NCBI GenBank assembly: GCA_963789955.1
Contig: CAWBMV010000022.1
Location: 64,001-128,000 of the forward strand
Source of the DNA: an uncultured Candidatus Rokubacteria bacterium
GTDB taxonomy: Bacteria > Methylomirabilota > Methylomirabilia > Rokubacteriales > CSP1-6
Length of the DNA: 64,000 nucleotides
Direction of reading: 5' to 3'
Below, one piece after another: positions 23,230-32,543 of the stretch. Both the position numbers and the translations under genes were made by a program. How positions within the stretch are numbered: position 1 is the first letter of the stretch; each line of letters opens with the position of its first letter. Under the pieces are notes generated by a model that was given only the letters and a program-made list of their open reading frames with translations, ran no database searches and had not been told where the DNA came from.

Positions 23230-23241
23230 GTTGCGACGCCG

Positions 23242-23451
23242 CTACGAGGCGGCCGAGGCGCCGGTCGCCGGAGCTCCGACCGCCGCGTGGCTGCCCTGCA
23301 GCTTCCGTCCGACGTTGATCAGCGCAAGACCGAGCGCCACCCGGAACGGCGGCCGTTGCCGCACCGAGCCAGCCAGCTGCTCGCGCACCATCGCGGCACG
23401 GATCTCGTCCAGACGCTCCTTGGCCCACCACTCCACCAGATACACGTTCAT
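23242..23451 (-). CDS. small hypothetical protein
   Basis: MNVYLVEWWAKERLDEIRAA..RVALGLALINVGRKL; ATGA overlap with upstream gene stop. Confidence 0.6.
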   Translation of the reverse strand: MNVYLVEWWAKERLDEIRAAMVREQLAGSVRQRPPFRVALGLALINVGRKLQGSHAAVGAPATGASAAS

Positions 23452-23861
23452 GTCCATGACACCGATCTCCCTCTCGGCGTCGCCGCCGGAACCGTCATGG
23501 GGATTCGTCGTGGTACGGGTTGCTCCTGCGGCGTCAGCACGATCTCGAAGTGCCGCGGGCTCGTCCGCTCCGCGGTGCTGAAGGCGCGGTACGCAGCGCT
23601 CAGCACCTGCATGATCGTGTCGGGCCGATCGAGCGGCACCGGGATCGAGAGCCGCCAGCCCCGCCCGAGCTTCCGGCGCACCACCGGCGACACGACGGCG
23701 CCGAGCTCCGCGTGGATCGCGTCGGTCACCGCGATCTGGCGCGCGATCTCGGCGAGCCGCACGTGCTGCCGCCAGTTCGAGATCTTCAAGGCCGCGATCA
23801 GCAGTCCGAATGGGAACAGCGCCACCAACAGCGACAGCGTGCCAAGCGTTACGGATTGCAT
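23448..23861 (-). CDS. hypothetical membrane-anchored protein
   Basis: GGGGAGG SD, N-terminal TM helix, coupled to downstream ORF. Confidence 0.65.
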   Translation of the reverse strand: MQSVTLGTLSLLVALFPFGLLIAALKISNWRQHVRLAEIARQIAVTDAIHAELGAVVSPVVRRKLGRGWRLSIPVPLDRPDTIMQVLSAAYRAFSTAERTSPRHFEIVLTPQEQPVPRRIPMTVPAATPRGRSVSWT

Positions 23862-23927
23862 GTCGACCTCCCCTTCTGCTCCCTATGACACCGCGGGGAG
23901 GGCGGCGTGAAAACGACGAGAGAAGTG

Positions 23928-24899
23928 CTAGGCGGCGAGCGGGTGGAGATCCGGCCGGCAGCTCGTACAGGGGACGAGGCCGAGCGAGCCGGCGAGCTCG
24001 CGCGACGCCAGCAAGGTGACAGGCCCGATCGGACGGCGCGCGATGTCGCCGCACGTCGGCAGGCAGTACTCGTGCTGGTCGTTGCGCTCGTAGTGGTAGA
24101 GCGTGTTGCGCGCGACTCGCGAAGCGCCACGCTTGCCCATCGCCTGGATGCCTTCGACGGCGAGGAGCTGCTGCTTGAGCCCGACCTTGTCGCCGGAGTA
24201 GCCGGTGAGCGCGCCCGAGGTTCCGATGATGCGGTGGCAGGGCACCACGATCGGCAGCGGGTTCCAGCGCAGGGCCTGCGCGACGGCGCGCGTGGCCGCC
24301 GGCTTGCCGATCTCGGCGGCGATGCCGGCGTAGGACGTGACGGCGCCGTAGGGGATCGCGGCGGTCGCGCGGAGCACCGCGCGGTGGAAGTCGCTGCGCG
24401 CCAGACGGAGGTCGAGCGGCCACTCCAGGCGCGTGCGGTCGCCGCGCAGGTACTCGAGCAGCTCACGATAGAGCGTCTCGACTTCGGCGCCGTCCTCCTG
24501 CAGATCGACCCCGGCGACCCGGCCGAGCCGGGAGGCCTTCACATCGGCGCGGCCGTGCAGATATTCGACGAGCGACACGCCGTGCTCCGAGCGCGCGATG
24601 AGAATGTGTCCCAGCGGCGACGGGAACACCCGGTACGACACCAGCCGCGATTTCAGGTCCGCCAGCTTCGACTCGAGACCCTCGCGCGCCCGCGCCGCGC
24701 TTTCCGCCCCCGCCGGCGTCCGCCGGAGCGCGCCCACGACGCCCTCGATCTCGCGATAGCGGTGGAACTCGCCGCGGCATGCGCCGCAGGAGTCGATGTG
24801 ATGCTCGACCCGCCGCGCGGTCGAGGGCTCGGCGTCGCCCGTGGCCGCGGCGATGAGGTCGGGTTCGATCTCGAGGCACACTCGTGCTTTGCGCGTCAT
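23928..24899 (-). CDS. zf-HC2 (ZAS anti-sigma) + O6-methylguanine-DNA methyltransferase + Ada Zn-binding domain fusion
   Basis: HIDSCGAC; IPYG..SY..IA..G.P.A.RAV..NPLPIVVPCHRII; C-term YCLPTC...GLVPCTSCRP; ATGA overlap with ECF stop. Confidence 0.88.
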   Translation of the reverse strand: MTRKARVCLEIEPDLIAAATGDAEPSTARRVEHHIDSCGACRGEFHRYREIEGVVGALRRTPAGAESAARAREGLESKLADLKSRLVSYRVFPSPLGHILIARSEHGVSLVEYLHGRADVKASRLGRVAGVDLQEDGAEVETLYRELLEYLRGDRTRLEWPLDLRLARSDFHRAVLRATAAIPYGAVTSYAGIAAEIGKPAATRAVAQALRWNPLPIVVPCHRIIGTSGALTGYSGDKVGLKQQLLAVEGIQAMGKRGASRVARNTLYHYERNDQHEYCLPTCGDIARRPIGPVTLLASRELAGSLGLVPCTSCRPDLHPLAA

Positions 24900-25477
24900 C
24901 GCGGTCGCTCCATGCCGAACGGGCTGGTCTCGGCAGGCGATGCCCGCCTTTCGACGCCTCCGGGGGCCGGAAGCTCGTGACCGTTGAGACTCAGCCGGAT
25001 CTTGCGCAGGGCTTGAAAGACGTGCGCCCGTGCGCTCTCGGCCGAGCAGTCGAGGCTTCGGCCGATCGCTTCGTAGTCGAGATCGTGGATCTTGCGCATG
25101 ATGAACGCCAGGCGCTGCTTGAGGGGAAGGCTCTGGACGGTGCTCTCCACGAGCGTTCGGGCCTCGCCGAACCGCGCCTCGTCCTCCGGTCCCTCCAGAT
25201 CGGCTTCGCGGCTCTCCACCGATACGGCCTGGTGGGCGACCCGTCGGCGTTTTTCCGACCGGAAATGATTGCGACTCAGATTGGTGGCGATCGCGAAGAG
25301 CCACGCCCGCACGTTGGCGTCCGGGCTCAAGGTTCGGTAGGCCCGATAGGCCCGGAGGAACGTCTCCTGGGACAGGTCTTCCGCCTCCGTCGGTCGAGAG
25401 GTGACTCGTCGGAGGTAGCGATAGATCTCGCCGTGATGCGCGCCCACGATCGTCTCGAACGGTTGTGCACCCATCAT
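24896..25477 (-). CDS. ECF RNA polymerase sigma factor
   Basis: AEDLSQETFLRAY, AWLFAIATN region 2; LP.KQR.AF..LDYEAIG.L region 4. Confidence 0.92.
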   Translation of the reverse strand: MMGAQPFETIVGAHHGEIYRYLRRVTSRPTEAEDLSQETFLRAYRAYRTLSPDANVRAWLFAIATNLSRNHFRSEKRRRVAHQAVSVESREADLEGPEDEARFGEARTLVESTVQSLPLKQRLAFIMRKIHDLDYEAIGRSLDCSAESARAHVFQALRKIRLSLNGHELPAPGGVERRASPAETSPFGMERPR

Positions 25478-25547
25478 CTGTGAAAACACCGCCGGAGCCT
25501 GGTTGTGAAAACCTCCGGCGGGCTCAGCACATGATAAGGTATTCCGC

Positions 25548-26730
25548 GTGAGCGAGATAGCCGACGTCGTCGTCGTCGGAGGCGGGGTCAACGGCGTGAG
25601 CATCGCGTATGCGCTCGCCGCGCGAGGCGTCGGGCGCGTCGTGCTCTGCGAGCAGGCTGCGCTGGCCAACGGCGCCTCCGGGCGCTCGAGCGCGCTCGTC
25701 CGCATGCACTACACCAACGAGTGGGACGCGCGTCTCGCGTTCGCCAGCTTTCCGATCTTCCGCCATTGGCCCGAGATCATGGGCGGGCCGTCCGTCTTCA
25801 CGCACACCGGATTCGTCAACGTCGTCGCCCCGCCAGTACGCCGACGCGCTCCGGAAGAACGTCGAGATGCTGCGCGGCATCGGCGTGAATACCGTGGCGA
25901 TGACTCCCGGCGGGCTCCGCGATCTCCAGCCCTTCGCCAACGTCGATGACATCGGCGCCGCCGCGTGGGAGCCCGAGAGCGGGTACGCGGATCCGGCCAC
26001 GACGGTGGATGGATTCGCGCGCCGGGCGTCCGAGCTCGGCGCGCAGATCCGCCAGTGGTCTCCGGTCCGGACGATCCTGCGCCGCGAGAGTCGTGTGATC
26101 GGTGTCGAGACGAGCGCCGGGCGCATCGACGCCGGTGCCGTCGTCGTGGCCGCGGGCGCGTGGGCTCCGCGGATCTGCCGCGAGATCGGGATCGAGCTTC
26201 CGGCACGGCCGAAAGGGATCGACACGGTGCAGGTCACACGCCCGCGGGCGCTGGCGCAGCCCCACGTGATCTTCATCGACAACGTGCTCGGTACCTACTT
26301 CCGGCCCGAGAGCGGCATCCGCACGATCGTCGGCGTGCCGTGCCAGGAGTGGGATCTCGATCCCGACGCGCCGATGGTGCTGGCGCCGAGCGCGCCGAGC
26401 GTCGGTGCCCAGATGTTGACGCACCGGATCCCGGCCATGGAAGGCGCCACGCTCGCGCGCGGCTATCGCGCCGTCGATTGCTATAGCCGCGACCGACACG
26501 CGATCCTCGGACGCGTGGACGGCATCGACGGCCTCTATCTCGCGACCGCGTTCAGCGGCTCGGGCTTCAAGATCGCGCCCGCCGTGGGCGTGTGCATGGC
26601 CGAGCTGATCGTGGACGGTCGGGCGAAGACGGTCGACATCGACGCGTTCAGTCTCCGGCGGTTCGCCGAGGGGAAATCGCCCGAGGGACCGTATCCGTAC
26701 GCGATCCGGCGCGACCACACCGACCGTTGA
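25548..26730 (+). CDS. FAD-dependent oxidoreductase (DAO/sarcosine oxidase beta-like); frameshift ~25830
   Basis: VVVGGGVNG, GASGRSSA, VVAAGAW, AFSGSGFKIAPAVG. Confidence 0.88.
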
Positions 26731-26815
26731 CTTGCTCGTGGGCGCCGACTACTTTGGCTGAGCGACGGTCGCCCGGCGTCGCGCGTGGAGCCCGTGACCG
26801 GCGAGGAGGATTCAC

Positions 26816-27439
26816 ATGTTCAAGCGGACGATAACTTCCGAAAAAGAGCTGCGCGATCTGATGGGCACGCCGAGTGAGCGGGCAATCAAGAAGGAATCGC
26901 CCTTCATCGACGCGCCGAGCCGGGAGTTCATCGCCCACGCGCCGTTTCTCCTGCTGGCCACGTCCGACGCCACGGGCCGCTGCGACGTCTCGCCCAAGGG
27001 CGACGCGCCTGGCTTCGTGCGTGTGCTCGACGAGCGGCACCTGGTGATTCCCGATCGTCCGGGCAACAAGCGCCTCGACGGGCTGCGCAACCTCATCGAC
27101 AATCCGCACGTCGGCCTGATCTTCCTGATCCCCGGGCGCGAGGAAACGTTGCGCGTGAACGGCCGCGCCTCGATCGTGCGCGACGAGGACGTGCTGGACT
27201 CGCTGGCGGCGAAGGGCAAGCGGCCGCTCGTCGCCATCGGCGTCCAGGTCGAGGAATGCTTCCTGCACTGTCCCAAGGCGTTTCGGCGCTCCCAGCTCTG
27301 GGAGCCCGAGGCGTGGCCGGATCGCTCCGTTCTGCCGTCGATGGCGTGCGTGCTCTACGACAAGCTCCAGCCGGAAGGTAAGAGCCTCGAGGACTACGTG
27401 CGCGAGAGCGAGGAAGGCATCCAGAGGACGCTCTACTGA
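26816..27439 (+). CDS. pyridoxamine 5'-phosphate oxidase-related FMN-binding protein
   Basis: CDVSPKGDAPGFV, PDRPGNKRLD..NL, ETLRVNGRA, FLHCPKA. Confidence 0.9.
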   Translation: MFKRTITSEKELRDLMGTPSERAIKKESPFIDAPSREFIAHAPFLLLATSDATGRCDVSPKGDAPGFVRVLDERHLVIPDRPGNKRLDGLRNLIDNPHVGLIFLIPGREETLRVNGRASIVRDEDVLDSLAAKGKRPLVAIGVQVEECFLHCPKAFRRSQLWEPEAWPDRSVLPSMACVLYDKLQPEGKSLEDYVRESEEGIQRTLY

Positions 27440-29481
27440 GCCGACGCTACCGTATCGGTATCGACGTCGGCGGTACCTTCACCGACCTGGTCGCGGTCGA
27501 CGAGCGTGGCTCGCTCGCCATCGCCAAGTGCGCCTCGACGCCGCCAGACCCGTCGCTGGGCCTGATCGACGGGCTCGGGCTCCTCGCCGCCGAGGTCGGC
27601 ACGGACCTGCACGGGCTCCTCGAGCAGACCGAGTCGATCGTGCACGGCACCACGGTCGCGACCAACGCGCTGCTCGAGCGGAAGGGCGCGAAAGTCGGTC
27701 TGCTGACGACCGAGGGCCACCGCGACGTCATCGAGATGCGCGAAGGCCTGAAGGACGACCGCTACAACCTGCGCATGCCGCCTCCGGTGCCGCTCGTCCC
27801 GCGCGCTCGCCGACTGGGCGTGCGCGAGCGCCTGCGCTTCGACGGCACCGTCGCGATCCCGCTCAGTGCCCGTTCGCTCCAGGCGTCGATCGCGGCCCTG
27901 GAGAAGGCGCGCGTGGACGCGGTCGCCGTCTGCTATCTGCACTCATACCGCAACGATCGGCACGAGAAGCTGACCGGGCGTGCGGTGGCGCGCCGCCTGC
28001 CGGGCGCGTACGTCTCGCTCTCGTCCGAGGTTCTGCCGCAGATCAAGGAATACGAGCGCGTCTGGACCACGGTGGTGAACGCGTACGTCGGACCGGCGCT
28101 CGCGAGCTATCTGAAGAATCTCGCGGCGCGCCTCGCGAGCCACGGCTATCGCGGTGACGTCCTGATCATCCAGTCTCACGGCGGCGTGGCGCCGGTGCGC
28201 GAATCGACGCGCCTGGCGGCGGGGGCCGTGCTGTCGGGGCCGGCCGGCGGTGTCGCCGCCGGGCGCTACTGCGCGCGGCTTCTCGACGAGCCGAACCTGA
28301 TCACGTTCGACATGGGCGGCACGTCGACCGACATCGCGCTCCTCCAGGGCGGCGAGCCGCAGCTCACCGGCGAAAAGACGATCGGCGTCGCGAAGGTCGC
28401 GCTGCCGGCCATCGACATCCACACGCTCGGCGCCGGCGGCGGCTCGGTCGCCTCGGTCGACCCGGGAGGGATTCTCCACGTCGGACCCGAGAGCGCCGGC
28501 GCGCAGCCGGGCCCGGCCTGCTACGGCAAGGGCGGCACGCGCGCGACGGTGACCGACGCGAACCTGGTGCTCGGCTTCCTCGATCCCGCGAACTTCCTCG
28601 GCGGTCGTATCGCGCTCGACACCCGCGCGGCCCGGACCGCCGTCGACGCGGTCGCGCGAGACCTGGGCACGACGGCGCTCCGGGCGGCCGAGGGGATCTC
28701 GCGCGTCGTCAACACCAACATGGCGGAAGGGATCAAGATCGTCTCGGTCCGTCGTGGCGTGGATCCGCGCCGGTTCGCGCTGGTCTCGTTCGGCGGCGCC
28801 GCGGGACTGCACGTGACCGAGGTCGCGCGCCTCCTCGAGATTCACCGGGTCGTCGTGCCGTCGGTGGCCGCGGTGCTCTCGGCGTGGGGCATGCTGGCGA
28901 CGGATCTGCGCTACGAGCTCGTGCGCTCCCACGTGAGCGAGGTGGGACGAATGACGGCGGCGGGCCTGCGCAAGCTCTTCGCGACGCTCGAGCGCGAAGG
29001 GCGAAAGCGGCTCGCCCGCTTCGACGGGCCGGTCACGGTGCGCCGCGCGCTCGACATGCGCTACGGCGAGCAGATTTTCGAGATCCAGGTGGACCTCGAC
29101 GGGGTCGAGCTCCAGGCCGGGGACCTCCTGGAGCAGGTGGCCGAGCGCTTCCATCGGCGGCACGAAGAGCTCTACGCCTACAGCGCGCCGGGGCAGGAGG
29201 TCGTCATCGTCAACGCCCGCGTCGCGGTCGTCGGCGCGCTGCCGGTGCTGCCGGCCGGCGCCGGTGCGATCGGTCGAAGCGCCGCCGCGTCTTCCGCGCG
29301 CCGTCGCGTCTGGCTGGGCGACTGGGTCGAGGTGCCGCTCTACCGCATGGAGACGCTCGCGGCCGGGCTCGAGGTCAAGGGCCCGGCGATCTTCGAGTCG
29401 GCGACGACGACGGTGCTGGTGCGCGAGTCCGAACGCGTGACCGTCACGCCGCACGGCTGGCTCGACATCCGGCTCGGCTGA
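27436..29481 (+). CDS. hydantoinase A/oxoprolinase family protein, probable CTG start
   Basis: In-frame conserved N-term YRIGIDVGGTFTD upstream of ORF-track start; HGTTVATNA, SGPAGG, DMGGTSTD, GAGGGS. Confidence 0.92.
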   Translation: MSRRYRIGIDVGGTFTDLVAVDERGSLAIAKCASTPPDPSLGLIDGLGLLAAEVGTDLHGLLEQTESIVHGTTVATNALLERKGAKVGLLTTEGHRDVIEMREGLKDDRYNLRMPPPVPLVPRARRLGVRERLRFDGTVAIPLSARSLQASIAALEKARVDAVAVCYLHSYRNDRHEKLTGRAVARRLPGAYVSLSSEVLPQIKEYERVWTTVVNAYVGPALASYLKNLAARLASHGYRGDVLIIQSHGGVAPVRESTRLAAGAVLSGPAGGVAAGRYCARLLDEPNLITFDMGGTSTDIALLQGGEPQLTGEKTIGVAKVALPAIDIHTLGAGGGSVASVDPGGILHVGPESAGAQPGPACYGKGGTRATVTDANLVLGFLDPANFLGGRIALDTRAARTAVDAVARDLGTTALRAAEGISRVVNTNMAEGIKIVSVRRGVDPRRFALVSFGGAAGLHVTEVARLLEIHRVVVPSVAAVLSAWGMLATDLRYELVRSHVSEVGRMTAAGLRKLFATLEREGRKRLARFDGPVTVRRALDMRYGEQIFEIQVDLDGVELQAGDLLEQVAERFHRRHEELYAYSAPGQEVVIVNARVAVVGALPVLPAGAGAIGRSAAASSARRRVWLGDWVEVPLYRMETLAAGLEVKGPAIFESATTTVLVRESERVTVTPHGWLDIRLG

Positions 29482-29485
29482 CCGC

Positions 29486-30734
29486 GTGAGCGGAAACCTC
29501 CGCCACAACCTGGCGGCGCTCGGCGCCGACTATGCGCTCTTCGTCGTGGGGCTCGCGTTCGCGTCGCAGTCCACGATCTTGCCGGCCTTCGCCGTCTATC
29601 TCGGCGCGCCCAACGTCGTCATCGGCGCGATTCCGGCGGTGATGACCCTCGGCTGGTTCATGCCGTCGCTGTTCGCGGCGGGTCACACCGAGACCCTCGA
29701 GCGGAAGCTGCCGTTCGTGATACGCCACACGATCTGGGAGCGCGTGCCGTTCGTCGTCCTGGCGCTCGCCGCGTTCTTCCTCGCCGACCGCGCGCCGGCG
29801 CTGACGCTCGGCGTGATGCTCCTGGTATTGCTCGTGGTGACCGGCGTCGGCGGCGTGCTCATGCCGGCGTGGATGGACCTGATCGGTCGAGTGGTCCCGG
29901 TGACCCTGCGCGGACGGTTCTTCGGCTTCGCGAATCTGGCGGCCAGCGCGGGGGGGCTGGCCGCCAGCGTCGCGACCGCGAGCATCCTGGCGACGGTTCC
30001 CGCGCCGGCCAGCTACGGTTGGTGCTTCCTGTTGACGTTCGTGTGCCTGGCGCTCTCGTTCGGTGCGCTGGTGGTCGTCCGCGAGCCTGCCTCGGGCTCG
30101 TCGGCGCCGGCCGTACCGCTCCGCGAGTATCTCGCGCGGATCCCGGCGCTCCTCGGCCGCGATCCGAACCTCGCCTGGTATCTCACCGCGCGCGCCTTCG
30201 GCGTCGTGGGATCGATCGGGAGCGGCTTCTACACCGTGTACGCGCTACGCGCGTGGGACGCGCCGGCCGCGCAGGTCGGCGTGTTCACCACGCTCCTTTT
30301 CGTCGGCCAGATGGTGGGCAACACGCTGCTCGGGTGGCTCGCCGACCGGCACGGGCATCGCCTGGTGATCATCCTCGGTCTGAGCGCCACGCTCGCCGGC
30401 AACCTGATGGCCATCGCGGCGCCGACGCTCGGCGTGTTCGGCGCCGTCTTCGTGATGATGGGAATCCAGATCGCCGCGATGAACGTGTCGAACCTGAGCG
30501 TGATGCTGGAATTCGCGCCGGCGCCGTCCGAGCAGCCGACCTACGTCGGTCTCGGCACGACGCTTGGTGGCGCCGATCGCCTTCGGGGCGCCGCTGGCGG
30601 CGGGGCTGCTGGCGGACGCGCTGGGCTTCCTCGCGGTCTTCGTGGTGGCGGCGATCGCCGTCAGCGTCGCGCTCGGTCTCCTGATCGCCCGCGTGCGCGA
30701 CCCGCGTGCGATGGTCGCGCCGCGCGTCGCCTGA
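29486..30734 (+). CDS. MFS transporter; frameshift ~30566
   Basis: multiple TM helices, RGRFFG, GWLADRHGHR. Confidence 0.85.
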
Positions 30735-30737
30735 GCG

Positions 30738-31080
30738 CTACTTCGCGCGCTTGACGCGCTCGATGGCCGGGTCGTCGACGACCGGCGCATCGCTCGGCAG
30801 CGACAGCGCGATCGTCGCCCCCGGCTCGACCAGTAGATCGATCTCGGCGACCCGCTTCGAGAACGCCGCGAGGATCACACCCTGGTCGGTCTGCACCTTC
30901 ACGAGCACCCGATTGCCCTCGCGCTGCTTCTGGAGGACCTGCCCCTCGACGACGCGCGACTTCAGGCGCAGCTCCTTCGGCAGATAGGGATCGACGCGCG
31001 GCGGCACGTAGATCGTGCCGGCCACGCCGAGCGCGGCGCCGACCAGCAAGCGTCACGATCAGGACGATCCAGCCTCTCAT
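30738..31080 (-). CDS. hypothetical single-pass membrane protein coupled to tatA; frameshift ~31049
   Basis: MRGWIVLIVTL + LVGAALGVAGTIYVP...; ATGA overlap with tatA stop. Confidence 0.65.
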
Positions 31081-31259
31081 TTGGCCTCAGGCTTCTCGGG
31101 GGTCGGCTCCGGGGGCTTCTGGTCCGGCGTTTCCTCGATGCCCTTCTTGAATTCGCTGAGGGCTTTGCCGAGCGAGCGAGACAGCTCGGGAAGCTTCTTG
31201 GCCCCGAAGAAAAAGACGCCGATGGCGAGCGCGATGAGCAAATCCTGCGTGCCGATCAT
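31077..31259 (-). CDS. tatA: twin-arginine translocase TatA/TatE subunit
   Basis: TM then FGAKKLPELSRSLGKALSEFKKG; AAGGAG SD. Confidence 0.92.
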   Translation of the reverse strand: MIGTQDLLIALAIGVFFFGAKKLPELSRSLGKALSEFKKGIEETPDQKPPEPTPEKPEAK

Positions 31260-31261
31260 GG

Positions 31262-31357
31262 TCGTGCTCCTTTGTCCGTCCGCGGACTAGCAAGTGGTGT
31301 CCGTCAATTCCGGCGTTGTCGTCGCCTCGGACCACTCACGCGGACGGTGGAGCACGA
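31262..31357 (-). promoter_or_regulatory. mRNA stem-loop pairing the leader RAPP codons with the tatA SD
   Basis: 31262-31270 is the reverse complement of 31349-31357 and 31276-31284 of 31339-31347. Confidence 0.7.
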
Positions 31358-31638
31358 ACAGCGGGCGCGGTGAGCGCGAACACACGCTCGGCCGGCCGCG
31401 CCGGGAGCGCGACGGAGCCGAGGCGGATCGCGTGGGGCTCGACCGTGACGACCGGCGCCAGCGGCGGCGCCGGATCCATGCCGGTGACCGCCAGGACCAC
31501 GTCGTCGTAGTCGGCCGCATCGTAGAAGCCGCCGATCCAGCCGGGATCGGGCGGGCTCGCGCTGGCCAACGGTCCGAGAGCGGACAGCACCAGCACGAGG
31601 AGGGCGGTCACGGAGAGCCGCGGAATCATCGGTGCCAT
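31336..31638 (-). CDS. signal-peptide-bearing leader ORF ending in RAPP; candidate translation-arrest peptide
   Basis: hydrophobic N-term with ASA cleavage site, SPPDPGWIGGFYDAADYDDVV, C-term AVRAPPSA*. Confidence 0.72.
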   Translation of the reverse strand: MAPMIPRLSVTALLVLVLSALGPLASASPPDPGWIGGFYDAADYDDVVLAVTGMDPAPPLAPVVTVEPHAIRLGSVALPARPAERVFALTAPAVRAPPSA

Positions 31639-31661
31639 TGTAGCCCGTGCCCGCGCGTGCC

Positions 31662-32123
31662 TCAGGCGTCCGGCTTCGGCCCGAAACGATAGACGCTGGT
31701 ATCGCGAACGTGAAAGCCGGCCTTTTCGTAGAGACGGTGCGCGGCCTGCCTCGATCGGCGCGACGTCAGATCCACCGTCTTGGCCCCTCGCGCCTTCGCC
31801 AGCTTCACGGCCGTCAAGGTCAGCGCTTCGCCGACGCCGCGGCCGCGGGCCGCGCCATCGACGACGACGTCTTCGATCCAGGCGCGCGTCGCCGTCGGGA
31901 TGCGGAAGATCACGAGCGTCAGGGTGCCGACGATCTGGCCGCCCGCGCTCGGGTCGCGCGCCAGGAGCACCGTGTTGTGCGGCGCGGCGATGATCTCGGT
32001 CAGCGTCTCGCGGGTCAGCGTGGTCGCCGACGAGGACAGCTGGGGCAGGAGCCGCGCGAACGCGTCGACGACCTCGGGGGTCGCCGTGTCGGCAATGCCG
32101 ATTTCGATCGGGCTCACGGGCAA
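31662..32123 (-). CDS. GNAT N-acetyltransferase
   Basis: IEDVVVD..ARGRGVG, AHRLYEKAGF. Confidence 0.9.
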   Translation of the reverse strand: MPVSPIEIGIADTATPEVVDAFARLLPQLSSSATTLTRETLTEIIAAPHNTVLLARDPSAGGQIVGTLTLVIFRIPTATRAWIEDVVVDGAARGRGVGEALTLTAVKLAKARGAKTVDLTSRRSRQAAHRLYEKAGFHVRDTSVYRFGPKPDA

Positions 32124-32130
32124 CCGAACC

Positions 32131-32481
32131 TTACGTCAGCGGGACGTAGTCGTACTCGCCGATGCCCTGGAGCACCAGAAAGACGGCCGAGGTCTCCCCG
32201 CCGTTGGTGACGAGGTGGGGACGGCGGGGACGGACCGCGTAGGTCTCGCCCGGGCCCAGGCGCACCTCCTCCTTCGGATCCCGGAGAAAGACACGCAGAC
32301 GACCTTCGAGGACATAGAAGGTGTCCTGGATGTTGTTGTGATAGTGCCAGGGCACTTGCTGCCGCGGGCCGATCTGGAGCTCCGAGATCCGAAAGCCCGG
32401 CCGCTCGGCGTGCCGTGCCCGACGCTCGACTTCGTAGAGATGGCTCGCGTCCCTCACCCCTTCGCGTTCGACGGCTTCCAT
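32131..32481 (-). CDS. cupin domain protein
   Basis: PWHYH..DTFYVLEG, GE.Y.V..RPH.V.N. Confidence 0.88.
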   Translation of the reverse strand: MEAVEREGVRDASHLYEVERRARHAERPGFRISELQIGPRQQVPWHYHNNIQDTFYVLEGRLRVFLRDPKEEVRLGPGETYAVRPRRPHLVTNGGETSAVFLVLQGIGEYDYVPLT

Positions 32482-32543
32482 GGCGCGCCTCCTCTCGGCG
32501 GCGATGGTACCATCGCCGCACCGTCACCTCGGGGGGATCGCTA

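Noticed and set aside
25478..25515. Possible autoregulatory ECF promoter (ACAACC..GTGTT) on the minus strand
   Set aside because: Spacing is not convincing without orthologous sequences
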